Origin: Longimicrobiales bacterium
GTDB lineage: Bacteria > Gemmatimonadota > Gemmatimonadetes > Longimicrobiales > Gaopeijiaceae
NCBI GenBank assembly: GCA_965204735.1
Contig: OZ242008.1
Location: 2,784,001 to 2,848,000 of the forward strand
Length of the DNA stretch: 64,000 bases
Direction of reading: 5' to 3'
Shown here: positions 27,505 to 36,434 of the stretch, piece by piece
How the letters are laid out: the number at the start of each line of letters is the position of its first letter
How positions within the stretch are numbered: position 1 is the first letter of the stretch
Program-made: the position numbers and the translations under genes
The notes under the pieces: generated by a model
Told to the model about the DNA's origin: nothing
Database searches by the model: none
Seen by the model: the letters and a program-made list of their open reading frames with translations, nothing else

Positions 27505-28405
27505 GCGCTATCGCAGCTGCATTGGTCCACTTCAACAGCAACGCCAGTACCTCCGCACGGCAACCGCCACAGTAATCGACAACTCGGCAACGGTCGAACA
27601 GCAAGCCGGCATCGATCAGGTCGTTCCGCCAGCTGCTGCGTGCCAGCGCCTCCGCGACGAAGTACATCCGCGTCGGCACGACGGCAGGCGGGTCCATTGT
27701 CCACTTGTCGCAGAACGCGTCGGCGTGGAGTTCCGACAGCCTGTCCCTGTAGCTCGTGCCTGTCTTGCACTGACCAAATCCGATCATCTTGCCGGGAGAT
27801 CGATCGGCAAAGTGCTTCCACACGACAACATCCAACCCGCCGTCCCGCATACTTGGCCGCGCTTCCTGCCTGCGGAACCCGCCCCCCTCGTTCAGACGCG
27901 CACAGAGGTCGTCGATCTTGTCGCCAAACGACATGCGGTTGGACGACCCAAACACGTAACTCTCTGCGCGTTTCCCAAAATACGCCCTTGCAACTTCGGC
28001 ACTGAGATCCTCCAACAGCAGCGCGCCATCGATCGAAGCATGGCGACGGCTGTCCTTCATGTTGAGCCGAGTGGCCAGCAGCAAGTAGAGGTAGACAAGA
28101 CGTCTTTTGCCACCGTCGGAGTCCATCTTCAACGCCTGTCCGTCGCACTCCTGCCGAAACGGATACCCGGCTCCACAAGCCTGCTCACGCTGGCGAACTT
28201 CTGCAAGCGCTTCCCCAACGCGAACCTCAAGGTCGCTCTCTTCCCCCACGCCTCGAGTATAATCGTTCTCTTCAAGTTTCTCCATGTCGCGGATTACCTC
28301 GGTGCCCGAAACGCTGCCGTCCCGCCAGCACACCATCTCCGCATAGTCTGCGATCTCGGTAGTGGATGCGCTTGAATTGGGAGAATGCGGCCACTTGAAC
28401 ATCAT
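27485..28405 (-). CDS. Putative PD-(D/E)XK / Mrr-like endonuclease
   Basis: 306 aa; LLEDLSAE...RDGGLDVVVWK...FGQCKTG fits the E...DGGxD...QxK restriction-endonuclease-like pattern. The start overlaps the upstream stop (ATGA). Confidence 0.65.
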   Translation of the reverse strand: MMFKWPHSPNSSASTTEIADYAEMVCWRDGSVSGTEVIRDMEKLEENDYTRGVGEESDLEVRVGEALAEVRQREQACGAGYPFRQECDGQALKMDSDGGKRRLVYLYLLLATRLNMKDSRRHASIDGALLLEDLSAEVARAYFGKRAESYVFGSSNRMSFGDKIDDLCARLNEGGGFRRQEARPSMRDGGLDVVVWKHFADRSPGKMIGFGQCKTGTSYRDRLSELHADAFCDKWTMDPPAVVPTRMYFVAEALARSSWRNDLIDAGLLFDRCRVVDYCGGCRAEVLALLLKWTNAAAIAHDLRPV

Positions 28406-29520
28406 GATCCTTCCTCCGTGTACTGACGCTTCTTTCCGACGCCCCGCCTGCGCTCCATGTCCTCGTACAGATGATCGGCGATTGTGGCTGCGGTTCCCGC
28501 AATCTGTATCGGCTCTTTGGAGCCGTCGTATCCAGTAGACACCAAGCCACGTGCCTTCTGCAGTTTCTGTTTCGCTGCGACCAAGGTTTCCAGGAGCACT
28601 CTCGACGAAGGCCGACTCAGCTCGAACGCATCATCAAGAGACGTACCGTTGCCAAGGGCCGCCAAGGCTTCGTCGTTGGCCACTACGTCGGCCAGATGCT
28701 TCAGGTCCGGATTCTGTCTTCTGATCACCGGCGGAGTGGTCTTGTCTCCGTACATCCAGCGACACAGTTTGCCAAGTTCCTCGAGCTTGGTTGTTGGGAC
28801 GGGGTTCGGCGCATCCATGGTCGCAACGTTCAAGCCAAGAAAGTCTCTGATGCCGGAGTGCTCGAGACCTGTGTAGAGATGAGAGAATGAGAAATGGCCG
28901 GACCATCTGTCGTCGATGCTGAACACGCCGGCGTCTCGGGCTTGGTCAATAACCATTAGGCCTCGATACAGTCGCCGAACTGTTCTGTGCGTGTCCCCGA
29001 TTTGCCGGGCAATGTCGTCCAGGCTGATGCCATACTCGTGATGGACAGTCGCGACATATCTCGATTTCGCGTAGCTGCTCCACTTGGCAGGTCCGTTGAT
29101 GTGCTTGAAGCCCAAGTGACGCCAAGCGTCTCGTCTCGTGTCGATCACGGCTGGCAGTCTTGCCAACCGGGCGGCTTCCTCCGGGCCCAGGTCATCAGGT
29201 ACTGAGGCGCCAACCTTCTTGGCCAACTCGCCGTCAAGAAGGAGCTTTACTGCGGCCAGTCGCCGATTGCCTTCGATGACGACGTACTTGCCATTGTCCT
29301 TCGTGACGATGAGGGGTTCGTGGGCAAGAAAGCCGCTCGCCGTAATGGACATGACGAGCTCTCGCACGTCCATGGTCTTCCACAGCCAGGCGACTATGTC
29401 CGTGTCCGTCGTCGCGGCCGTCAATCCGAACTCCGCCAGACGGGGGTTCTGTCGATCAAGCGACAGACGCGAGACGTCAAGCCACTCGACTTCGGGCCGG
29501 GCATCATGCGGCATTCGCAT
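28402..29520 (-). CDS. ParB/Sulfiredoxin-like N-terminal domain protein
   Basis: 372 aa; LSLDRQNPRL...SITASGFLAHEPLIV...VVIEGNRRLAAVKLL is the ParB/Srx nucleotide-binding signature, followed by an HTH-like SLDDIARQIGDTHRTVRRLY. Confidence 0.8.
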   Translation of the reverse strand: MRMPHDARPEVEWLDVSRLSLDRQNPRLAEFGLTAATTDTDIVAWLWKTMDVRELVMSITASGFLAHEPLIVTKDNGKYVVIEGNRRLAAVKLLLDGELAKKVGASVPDDLGPEEAARLARLPAVIDTRRDAWRHLGFKHINGPAKWSSYAKSRYVATVHHEYGISLDDIARQIGDTHRTVRRLYRGLMVIDQARDAGVFSIDDRWSGHFSFSHLYTGLEHSGIRDFLGLNVATMDAPNPVPTTKLEELGKLCRWMYGDKTTPPVIRRQNPDLKHLADVVANDEALAALGNGTSLDDAFELSRPSSRVLLETLVAAKQKLQKARGLVSTGYDGSKEPIQIAGTAATIADHLYEDMERRRGVGKKRQYTEEGS

Positions 29521-29612
29521 CGTTCGCTGTTGGGGGTTGACGCGGCTTGGCGGAGGCTACCGACGCGCCCGCCAGTGACGGTGCAGTACGCTAGGCCATC
29601 ACGAGCCGCAGG

Positions 29613-32405
29613 TCAAGGAGCCCCCAGAATCCCGTGAATGTAGCCCGGTCCGGTGGAGACGGCGTGCCGCCAGCGGCCGAAGCCGCCGTGGGCGTTCACG
29701 GCCTCGCACCACTCGTCCATGTACCGGCGCTTCACGGGGTCGGGCTCGCGGACGCGGCCCTTCACCTCCAGGACGAGCGTCTCGCCGGAGGTCAGGCGGG
29801 CCAGGAAGTCGGGCCGGTACTTCCGAACCACGCCGCGGTGGACGTAGGAGACCTCGAAGCCCAGGTGGTCGTTCTTGACCCAGGCGCGGACCATGGGGCT
29901 CTGGTCCAGGGCGTAGGCGTCGGACGCCTCCCAGGCGCTGTCGTAGACGCAGTAGTTGACGTGGCTGCGGGTGGTGGGGCCGCACGGCTTGCCGGTGTAC
30001 CAAGTGGCCATGTCGGCGGTGGAGCCGATCGGGCGGTCGGGGTCGAAGACGGGGGCCAGCGCCTCGGCGTTCTCCTGGCGGATCGACTGCAGGACATGCT
30101 GGACCACGCGCTCCATGCTCAAGGCGATGACGATGCGGCGCTTCCGCCGGTCCTGCGCGAAGATCGGCGGCTCCAGCCGGAGTCTGTCGGAGCGCACGAA
30201 CTCCTCCAGCAGCCGAACCAGCTGCGCCAGCAGGACCGACCGGGCTCCGGTCCACTCGCCGTCGCGCACGGCCTGCTCCAGGAGCCTGGCCGCGACCTCG
30301 AAGACGATCGTCTGCTCCCGCTTGCCCCCCAGCAGCTTCGCCAAGTCGATCGTCTCGACCTTGGTCACGTCGGGCTGGCCGTCCACCACCGGCGCCAGCT
30401 CGGCCACGTTGGCCATTGTGCGGACGTCGAGCCGCAGCGGGTCCACCTCGGCCCACTCCACCGTCAGCCGGGGCCGCCACGACCGGTCGATGCGCACGAC
30501 GTTGGGCCAGGCGATCTCATACTCCTTCGCGCGCTCGGCCAGCGGATGGACGGCGGTCTTGGGCTGGGGCGGGTCGGGGACGGCGTCCTCCTGCTCGTGG
30601 GGCAGGAAGGTGAAGGGCACGCCGAAGACGTTCACGTGCTCGGGGTCGAAGAGCCCGGACTCGGGGTTGACCTCGTAGGCGGTCCGGCGGAGCCCGCGTC
30701 CCACGACCTGCTCGCACAGCAGCTGACTGGCGAAGGCGCGCAGCCCCATGATGTGGGTGACGGTCTTGGCGTCCCAGCCCTCCGACAGCATCCCGACCGA
30801 GATGACGTTCTGAATCTGCTCCCCCGGCTCGCCGGGACGCCCCACGGTGTCCACTTGGCGGCGGAGCAGCTCGGCGCGCTCCTTCGCGTTGCTGGGACCG
30901 GGCTTCGCGCCGCCGGCCGCCCCCGCCCCGTTGCCGCCGGCCGCCGCCGCCTCGGCCTCCGCTTCCGCCTTGGCCAGCACCTTGGAGTCGATGTGGAGCG
31001 TGCGCGCCGGGTCGCACAGCTCCGGGACCGGAATCCTGCCCTTGTCGAAGGCGTGCTTGACGCGGGCGGCGGTCTCGGTGCGGTTGGCCACCGTGATCAT
31101 CGTCGGCGGCGCCGGCATCTCGGCTTCGCGCCACGCCTTGGCGGTCTCCTGCCAGTCGTGCCCCAGCAGGTGGTAGCCGTTCACGACCAGATCGGGCAGC
31201 GGCTCGTGCGCGGCGGCCTTGCGGTTCAGGTCGGCCTTCACCTCCGGGTCGTTGTAGATGTGGTACAGGCGCGACTTGTAGGTGGCGGCGTCGGGCACCG
31301 CGTCGTCCCGCACGACCACTCGGGGCGTCTTGACCAGTCCGGCCTCGATGGCGTCGTTGAGGCCGAAGTCGCTCACGATCCAATCGAAGAGCGCCTCTTC
31401 CGAGCTGCGCCCGCCCGACGGCGCGAAGGGCGTGGCCGAGAAGTCGTAGCAGCGGAGGACGCCCCGCGCCCGGTGAATCCTGTCCAGCCCGCCGACCCAC
31501 TTGGTCGCCTCGTCGATCCGGGCCTTGTCGACGCCCTTCATCCGGGTTGCGCCGTGGGTCCGCCAGGCGTGGTGGGCCTCGTCGTTGACGACCAGCAGCC
31601 CGCGGGCGCCCGACATCTCGCCCAGCACGTCGCGGACGTAGGCCTCGTCGCTCCGGGCGCCCCGCTTGTCCACGCTGCGGCGCTTGGCGACCTGCTCGTC
31701 GCTCTCCCAGTTGAGCGCATGCCAGTTCCGCACCACGACCCGGCCTTGCCGCAGCTTGTCGAGCAGCGCCGACGGGACGATGCGAAAGGCTTCGTAGTAG
31801 TTTTCGGGATGAAACGGCTCCAGCACCGCCAGCCGGCTCTTCACCGTGAGCCCCGGCGCCACCACGAGCACGTTGCGCGCGAACCGCGTGTCCCGCCGCC
31901 GATCGACCCGGTTCAGCACCTGCCACGCGATCAGCATCGCCATCACGAGCGTCTTGCCCGAGCCCGTCGCCATCTTGGCGCACACGCGCTGGAAGTCGCC
32001 GCCGTCGGAGGGCACGTCGATGCCGCCCCTCTCCTCGACCGACGACTCGACCAGCCAGATCAGCGTCTCGATCGCCTCCAGCTGGCAGAAGAAGAACCGG
32101 CGGCTGTCGAATTCCTCGGGGTCGTGCCAGTGCCGGAGCAGGCGGCGGGTGACGGCGGAGACGCCCGGCCAGCCGGCCTCGCGCCACTTGTTGACGCGGG
32201 GGCGGATGCGATTGACGAGCGGGATTTCTACGAAGGTGCCGGGGTCGTCGAAGGCGCGGGAGTCTTCGGAGGCGACCAGGTAGCCGGCGGGGCGACGGCC
32301 TTCCTTGAGGTCGAAGAGGCGGGAGTTGTGGTCGTAGTGCCAGTAGCGGGTGGGTTCGTCGTACGGCGAGTTGACGATGAGGCGGTCGATGGTGGATTGG
32401 GGCAT
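29613..32405 (-). CDS. res: Type III restriction enzyme Res subunit (SF2 helicase + PD-(D/E)XK nuclease)
   Basis: 930 aa; KMATGSGKT (Walker A), NDEAHH, FSATP, MLSEGWD, EQVVGRGLR; C-terminal YRPDFL...VLEVKG. Confidence 0.92.
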   Translation of the reverse strand: MPQSTIDRLIVNSPYDEPTRYWHYDHNSRLFDLKEGRRPAGYLVASEDSRAFDDPGTFVEIPLVNRIRPRVNKWREAGWPGVSAVTRRLLRHWHDPEEFDSRRFFFCQLEAIETLIWLVESSVEERGGIDVPSDGGDFQRVCAKMATGSGKTLVMAMLIAWQVLNRVDRRRDTRFARNVLVVAPGLTVKSRLAVLEPFHPENYYEAFRIVPSALLDKLRQGRVVVRNWHALNWESDEQVAKRRSVDKRGARSDEAYVRDVLGEMSGARGLLVVNDEAHHAWRTHGATRMKGVDKARIDEATKWVGGLDRIHRARGVLRCYDFSATPFAPSGGRSSEEALFDWIVSDFGLNDAIEAGLVKTPRVVVRDDAVPDAATYKSRLYHIYNDPEVKADLNRKAAAHEPLPDLVVNGYHLLGHDWQETAKAWREAEMPAPPTMITVANRTETAARVKHAFDKGRIPVPELCDPARTLHIDSKVLAKAEAEAEAAAAGGNGAGAAGGAKPGPSNAKERAELLRRQVDTVGRPGEPGEQIQNVISVGMLSEGWDAKTVTHIMGLRAFASQLLCEQVVGRGLRRTAYEVNPESGLFDPEHVNVFGVPFTFLPHEQEDAVPDPPQPKTAVHPLAERAKEYEIAWPNVVRIDRSWRPRLTVEWAEVDPLRLDVRTMANVAELAPVVDGQPDVTKVETIDLAKLLGGKREQTIVFEVAARLLEQAVRDGEWTGARSVLLAQLVRLLEEFVRSDRLRLEPPIFAQDRRKRRIVIALSMERVVQHVLQSIRQENAEALAPVFDPDRPIGSTADMATWYTGKPCGPTTRSHVNYCVYDSAWEASDAYALDQSPMVRAWVKNDHLGFEVSYVHRGVVRKYRPDFLARLTSGETLVLEVKGRVREPDPVKRRYMDEWCEAVNAHGGFGRWRHAVSTGPGYIHGILGAP

Positions 32406-32422
32406 GTTGGCTACATCACTAT

Positions 32423-33460
32423 CTATGCCTGGTACGGTTGCCCAGACAGCACGTCGATCAGCGGGCCGTATCGAAATTGGCTACCACGCCATTCGATGAT
32501 GGGTGCCATTGCCATTTCTGCGCCTGCGTTTTCCTTCAAGTACTCTGCTAACACATGTAGGCATGATTCGTCGATTGTTGCTCCAAGGTTGTCGTATAAT
32601 TGCTTTCCCGATGGCGTAAGTGTGTGTGTTGGGAGATCAATTTTCTTGTCATTGTCAGCCAGTATCGCGATCGCAGTATTATCGTGAGCCATGACAAATG
32701 CATGTTTAGCTCCAACCGTGTCTTCGAAACTGAAGCGTTTCCCGACATTGGATCCAGTCATTATGAGACCGTACGAGGCTAGATGAAGGATGGTACCGAA
32801 ACTAGGGAAGCCGCTGATCTTGTCTGTGTATCTGTCACCACGGAGGACGAAGTCGCCAGTTACGAATCGCCCAAAATTCGCAAAATCTCTCGCGTCACGC
32901 TGACTCATGTTTTTGAGAATAGACAATGTGTGCAATGATGTTCGTCCAGGCGTCTCCACTTCTCCAGATAGTATCCTAGCCCAGATCCACTGCAGCTGCT
33001 CGGACGTTACATCCTGGACATCGGCGAAGAACCGAGCCGTCCAGTCGTGGTCTACTTCGTGATCTCTCACTTCCTTTCCGTCAAGCTCTTCCGCAGCCAT
33101 CGATACGACATTGTATATGTTGCTCTGCCTCTTGCGCTCTTGAAACACGAGACGAGACTTGATTTCGTCTGCGATGATCATTTCTTCGACAACAGGTTGA
33201 CGCGCCTTGTCATGAGCTTCGCCAATCTGCTGAATAGCATTCATATGACCTCTTGCTTTGATGGCTATGGAGCCTGCTTCTGACACGGCCCCAATGCGCC
33301 GGGCATCTGCTTCGCCTGTCGCTTCAATGCGTCTTGTTTCTGCTCTCATATTTGCCGTCAACCTATCAACCACAGGCCCCGCGACCGCACCGATACCACT
33401 AGCGGTAACTTCGATCAACTTCTCTACAGCTGGTATGTTGATGTTGATGTCAGCCATCAC
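32423..33460 (-). CDS. DUF2806-like protein, AT-rich, between mod and res
   Basis: 345 aa; RQSNIYNVV...VDHDWTARFFADVQDVTSEQLQWIWARILSGEVETPGRTSLHTLSILKNM resembles DUF2806 (recognised from memory). Visibly lower GC than flanks; start overlaps the mod stop. Confidence 0.75.
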   Translation of the reverse strand: MMADININIPAVEKLIEVTASGIGAVAGPVVDRLTANMRAETRRIEATGEADARRIGAVSEAGSIAIKARGHMNAIQQIGEAHDKARQPVVEEMIIADEIKSRLVFQERKRQSNIYNVVSMAAEELDGKEVRDHEVDHDWTARFFADVQDVTSEQLQWIWARILSGEVETPGRTSLHTLSILKNMSQRDARDFANFGRFVTGDFVLRGDRYTDKISGFPSFGTILHLASYGLIMTGSNVGKRFSFEDTVGAKHAFVMAHDNTAIAILADNDKKIDLPTHTLTPSGKQLYDNLGATIDESCLHVLAEYLKENAGAEMAMAPIIEWRGSQFRYGPLIDVLSGQPYQA

Positions 33461-36018
33461 TCCAGCTCCACGAGCTTCAGGCTCTCGATGCCGCGGTCGT
33501 CCACGATCTTGACGGCAGCGCGGCCATACTTGCCGGCCTTGAACGGTAGGGAGACCGTGCCCCGATAGGCTTCGATCAAGTCCGGGTCGATCTCGGCCTT
33601 GAGGTTCTTTGCCAGGCGATTCCAGTCGTGGCGGGCGTTGTCAGCCGGGAAGAACACTTGGCGGGGGAAGAGGCTTCGTCCGTCGTAGTCCGGGTCGAGC
33701 ATCCAGACGGCGATCTTGTCGTGACCGCCGGACTCCAGCTCGCCGGTCTTGGTGTTGTAGTAGTCGAAACCGCCGACGGTGACCCGGTATCTGCCGGCGT
33801 GCTGGCCGTTGGCGATGGACTCCACCTCGACGTCCGGCTGGCCGATCATCCAGAAGCTCTCGTTGGCGCGTCGCTTCTTCAGCAGGTCGTTGGTGAGCAG
33901 GTCCGCGTTCATGTGGGCCTTGAGGAACTGGACGCCCGGCCAGCTTGTCTGGTCGATGTCCTTGGCCGCCTCCGGGTCGAACTGGAAGGCCGCGAAAACG
34001 ATGATCGTTGGGCGGGGAACCAAGCTCTGGGCTTCGTCTATGGCGAGCTCGACTTGTCGTTGCTCCAACGGTGCGTGGTCCGGCCCGAACGACACGACCG
34101 TCCGCATCACCTTCGTGGCGGTGCCCTCTCGAACGCTGTCGGCGCCCGAGTCGTCCGGTCGCGTTTCCCCTTCAGCGTGGAGGTATCGGGCTCCGGCCAA
34201 CGGCTCCAACCGGGCGAACGAGATGCGCTGGCCGGCCTTGCCTCGAATTCCGGTCCTGAGCAGCTCGTCGCGCCAGTCGCTCTGGCGAATCGTCTCGCCG
34301 GAGCGGGCCACGGACTCGTCGGCTTCCCACGACGCCTTATTCCTCGGCGCTTCTTCTTCAAGCGGCTTCACCATTGGAGCGGGAACGGCCTCGACGGTGA
34401 ACGGTCCGGTAACGCGGACCTTGACGCGGTCGATCTTCGGCTGGTCGTAGAGAGCGATTCGCTTGGCGGGCTCGCCGTAGGCCAGGGTGCGGGCGGAGAC
34501 CGTGTCCACGGTGCGATAGCGGAAGCCGGAGCCCACGCCTTCGTCGGGATAGGCCAGTTCGTAGTAGTCGAAGTGCGCGGTCATCAGCCGTTGGCGGGCC
34601 ACGGCCACGGCAACTCGGGATGTGTCGCATGTTGCCCAGCGACGGCCCCATTGCTCGGCTACGTAAGCGGTGGTACCGGAGCCGCAGGTGGGGTCGACGA
34701 TCAGGTCGCCGGGGTCGGTGGTCATGAGGATGCAACGCCGAATGGCCGCGGCGTCCGTCTGAACGACATATCGCTTATTTTGCGCTCTCATCGGTGCGGA
34801 CCAGACGTTATTGATACGCCGTCCCGGAACTTCGTCTTCGTATTGCTTCCATCTCAACGATTGACCCTCTTGCGCCTCCAGCCGATTGAGTTCGGACAAG
34901 CGATCTAGGCCAGCCTTCGATACTCGCCATTGGCCAGTGCTACTGCAACGGAAGATGCGGCCGTTCCATTCGTAGGGATCAGAGCGACCAGTCGTTGACA
35001 CTCCCTTGGATTCAAGAGGCATTCGAGCAAAAACTCTGGCATCTTGTGGCAAGTACTCGTCGGGGTTGGAAGTTTCTTCGGCCGTCAGTTTCCGGCACTC
35101 GCCGTTTGGCAGCTCAAGCATCGCATGCCAGCTGAAGAGGCCGATCACCTCAGCTCTCGTAAGTGGTTCGTATAGATGTCGGTACTTCACCTGTTTGCGA
35201 TCCCGTGCATACCATAGCAGATAATCGGCAACTTCTGGTATCGTCAAAGCCGAACTGCCTCCCGTTGTCGCATACGAAATAGTGGCGATCCGGTTTTCTG
35301 CACCGAACAACTCATCCAGGAGAACACCCACCCTATGAACGTTCTCCTTGCCGATCTGCACGAAACAACTGCCGCTGTTGTGCAATAGCCCCTTGGCCAA
35401 TGTCAGTCGGTCGCGCAGATACGTCAGGTAGGAGTGAATCCCAAGCTCCCAGGTATCTCGAAACGCCCGAATCATCTCCGGTTCGCGGGTGAGGTCGCGA
35501 TCCATGTCGCGCACGTCGGACTTGCCCACGAACGGCTGGAAGTTGGACCCGTACCGAATCCCGTAGGGCGGGTCCATGTACACCATCTGCACCTTGCCGC
35601 CCAGACCTTCCTTCTCCAGCAGGCTGTTCATGACCAACAGGCTGTCGCCGGCGACGAGGCGATTGGTCCAGTTGTGTCGGTGGCGGTAGAAGTCAATGGC
35701 TTGCCGGATCGGGGGGTTCTCGGCGGGGTCCTCAAACAGGGAGTTCTGCGAGGCCGGGTCGCCGTTGCGCTTGCGGACCGCCTCCACGATGGTGCGCGGG
35801 TCGATCCGCTCGTGGACGTGGAGCGAGACGGTCGGGACCTCGAACGACGTGTGCTCGGCCTTGCCCGCCCACGAGAGTTCGGGGTCGATGTGGGGGTCGT
35901 GGGCGTAGGTCTTCCTGCCGGCGTCCTTGTCCGTGGCGGGCGTCACCAGGCCGACCGGCGGGTTGTTGGCGCGCTCCTTGTCGCGGTGCGCGTAGCTCTC
36001 AATGTCTTTCTTCGCCAT
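33457..36018 (-). CDS. mod: Type III RM Mod subunit (beta-class N6-adenine DNA methyltransferase)
   Basis: YMDPPYG (motif IV) precedes DPTCGSGTT (motif I); upstream of res. Start taken at MAKKDIESY (ATG 36018) rather than 36099. Confidence 0.92.
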   Translation of the reverse strand: MAKKDIESYAHRDKERANNPPVGLVTPATDKDAGRKTYAHDPHIDPELSWAGKAEHTSFEVPTVSLHVHERIDPRTIVEAVRKRNGDPASQNSLFEDPAENPPIRQAIDFYRHRHNWTNRLVAGDSLLVMNSLLEKEGLGGKVQMVYMDPPYGIRYGSNFQPFVGKSDVRDMDRDLTREPEMIRAFRDTWELGIHSYLTYLRDRLTLAKGLLHNSGSCFVQIGKENVHRVGVLLDELFGAENRIATISYATTGGSSALTIPEVADYLLWYARDRKQVKYRHLYEPLTRAEVIGLFSWHAMLELPNGECRKLTAEETSNPDEYLPQDARVFARMPLESKGVSTTGRSDPYEWNGRIFRCSSTGQWRVSKAGLDRLSELNRLEAQEGQSLRWKQYEDEVPGRRINNVWSAPMRAQNKRYVVQTDAAAIRRCILMTTDPGDLIVDPTCGSGTTAYVAEQWGRRWATCDTSRVAVAVARQRLMTAHFDYYELAYPDEGVGSGFRYRTVDTVSARTLAYGEPAKRIALYDQPKIDRVKVRVTGPFTVEAVPAPMVKPLEEEAPRNKASWEADESVARSGETIRQSDWRDELLRTGIRGKAGQRISFARLEPLAGARYLHAEGETRPDDSGADSVREGTATKVMRTVVSFGPDHAPLEQRQVELAIDEAQSLVPRPTIIVFAAFQFDPEAAKDIDQTSWPGVQFLKAHMNADLLTNDLLKKRRANESFWMIGQPDVEVESIANGQHAGRYRVTVGGFDYYNTKTGELESGGHDKIAVWMLDPDYDGRSLFPRQVFFPADNARHDWNRLAKNLKAEIDPDLIEAYRGTVSLPFKAGKYGRAAVKIVDDRGIESLKLVELE

Positions 36019-36162
36019 GCTTGCGCTCGCGCCCCAGGGGCGGGCCGTGTGTCCGATGATCGAGGCGTTCAACTTATTGGGATAGTGGGACTCCCGCAAC
36101 CATTCTGGGCGGCTCCGCTGGCCGCAGCGTGGGCTCGACGGCGAGGTGCGCGGCGTCCAGCG

Positions 36163-36278
36163 CTACCCAAGGAACGTCGTCGCCTACCCAAGAAGTGGGC
36201 CAGACTACCCAAGAAACCACCGGCCACTACCCAAGAAGCTAGCCCAGCTACCCAAGAACTTGCCCCACTACCCAAGAA
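36163..36278. repeat. Six 11-bp direct repeats CTACCCAAG(A/G)A with 9-11 nt variable spacers
   Basis: Copies start at 36163, 36184, 36205, 36227, 36248 and 36268 (periods 21, 21, 22, 21, 20). Confidence 0.95.
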
Positions 36279-36320
36279 ATCGCACAGACACCGACCACGA
36301 CCCGGCTACGCTGTACCGTA

Positions 36321-36350
36321 TGTCGGACCCCTTAGCTACCTTGTCCGACA
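36321..36350. promoter_or_regulatory. Palindrome TGTCGGAC-N14-GTCCGACA; TGTCGG-N10-TA on both strands
   Basis: TGTCGGACCCCTTAGCTACCTTGTCCGACA; the + strand gives TGTCGG-N10-TACCTT. Lies between divergent MTase genes. Confidence 0.5.
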
Positions 36351-36434
36351 CTCCCACGGGCCCGCGGCCCCTCCGCCTTCGCGGTCCCGTTTGCGGGCGA
36401 CCCCGCAGGCGGACGAGGAGCGAGTGCCCGGACC

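Noticed and set aside
115..28005. Plus-strand ORFs of 4542 aa and 4681 aa, plus dozens of small + ORFs
   Set aside because: Arg-rich or repetitive antisense shadows of the giant minus-strand gene; stop-free antisense frames are expected in very GC-rich repetitive coding DNA.
28402..29520. Chromosome or plasmid partition parB
   Set aside because: No parA or replication genes nearby; coupled to a nuclease gene within an RM locus.
29634..35908. Long plus-strand ORFs opposite res and mod (1017 aa, 426 aa and others)
   Set aside because: Antisense shadows of motif-bearing RM genes.
36163..36278. Possible CRISPR mini-array
   Set aside because: Repeats (11 bp) and spacers (9-11 nt) are far too short and non-palindromic, and there are no cas genes in the window.
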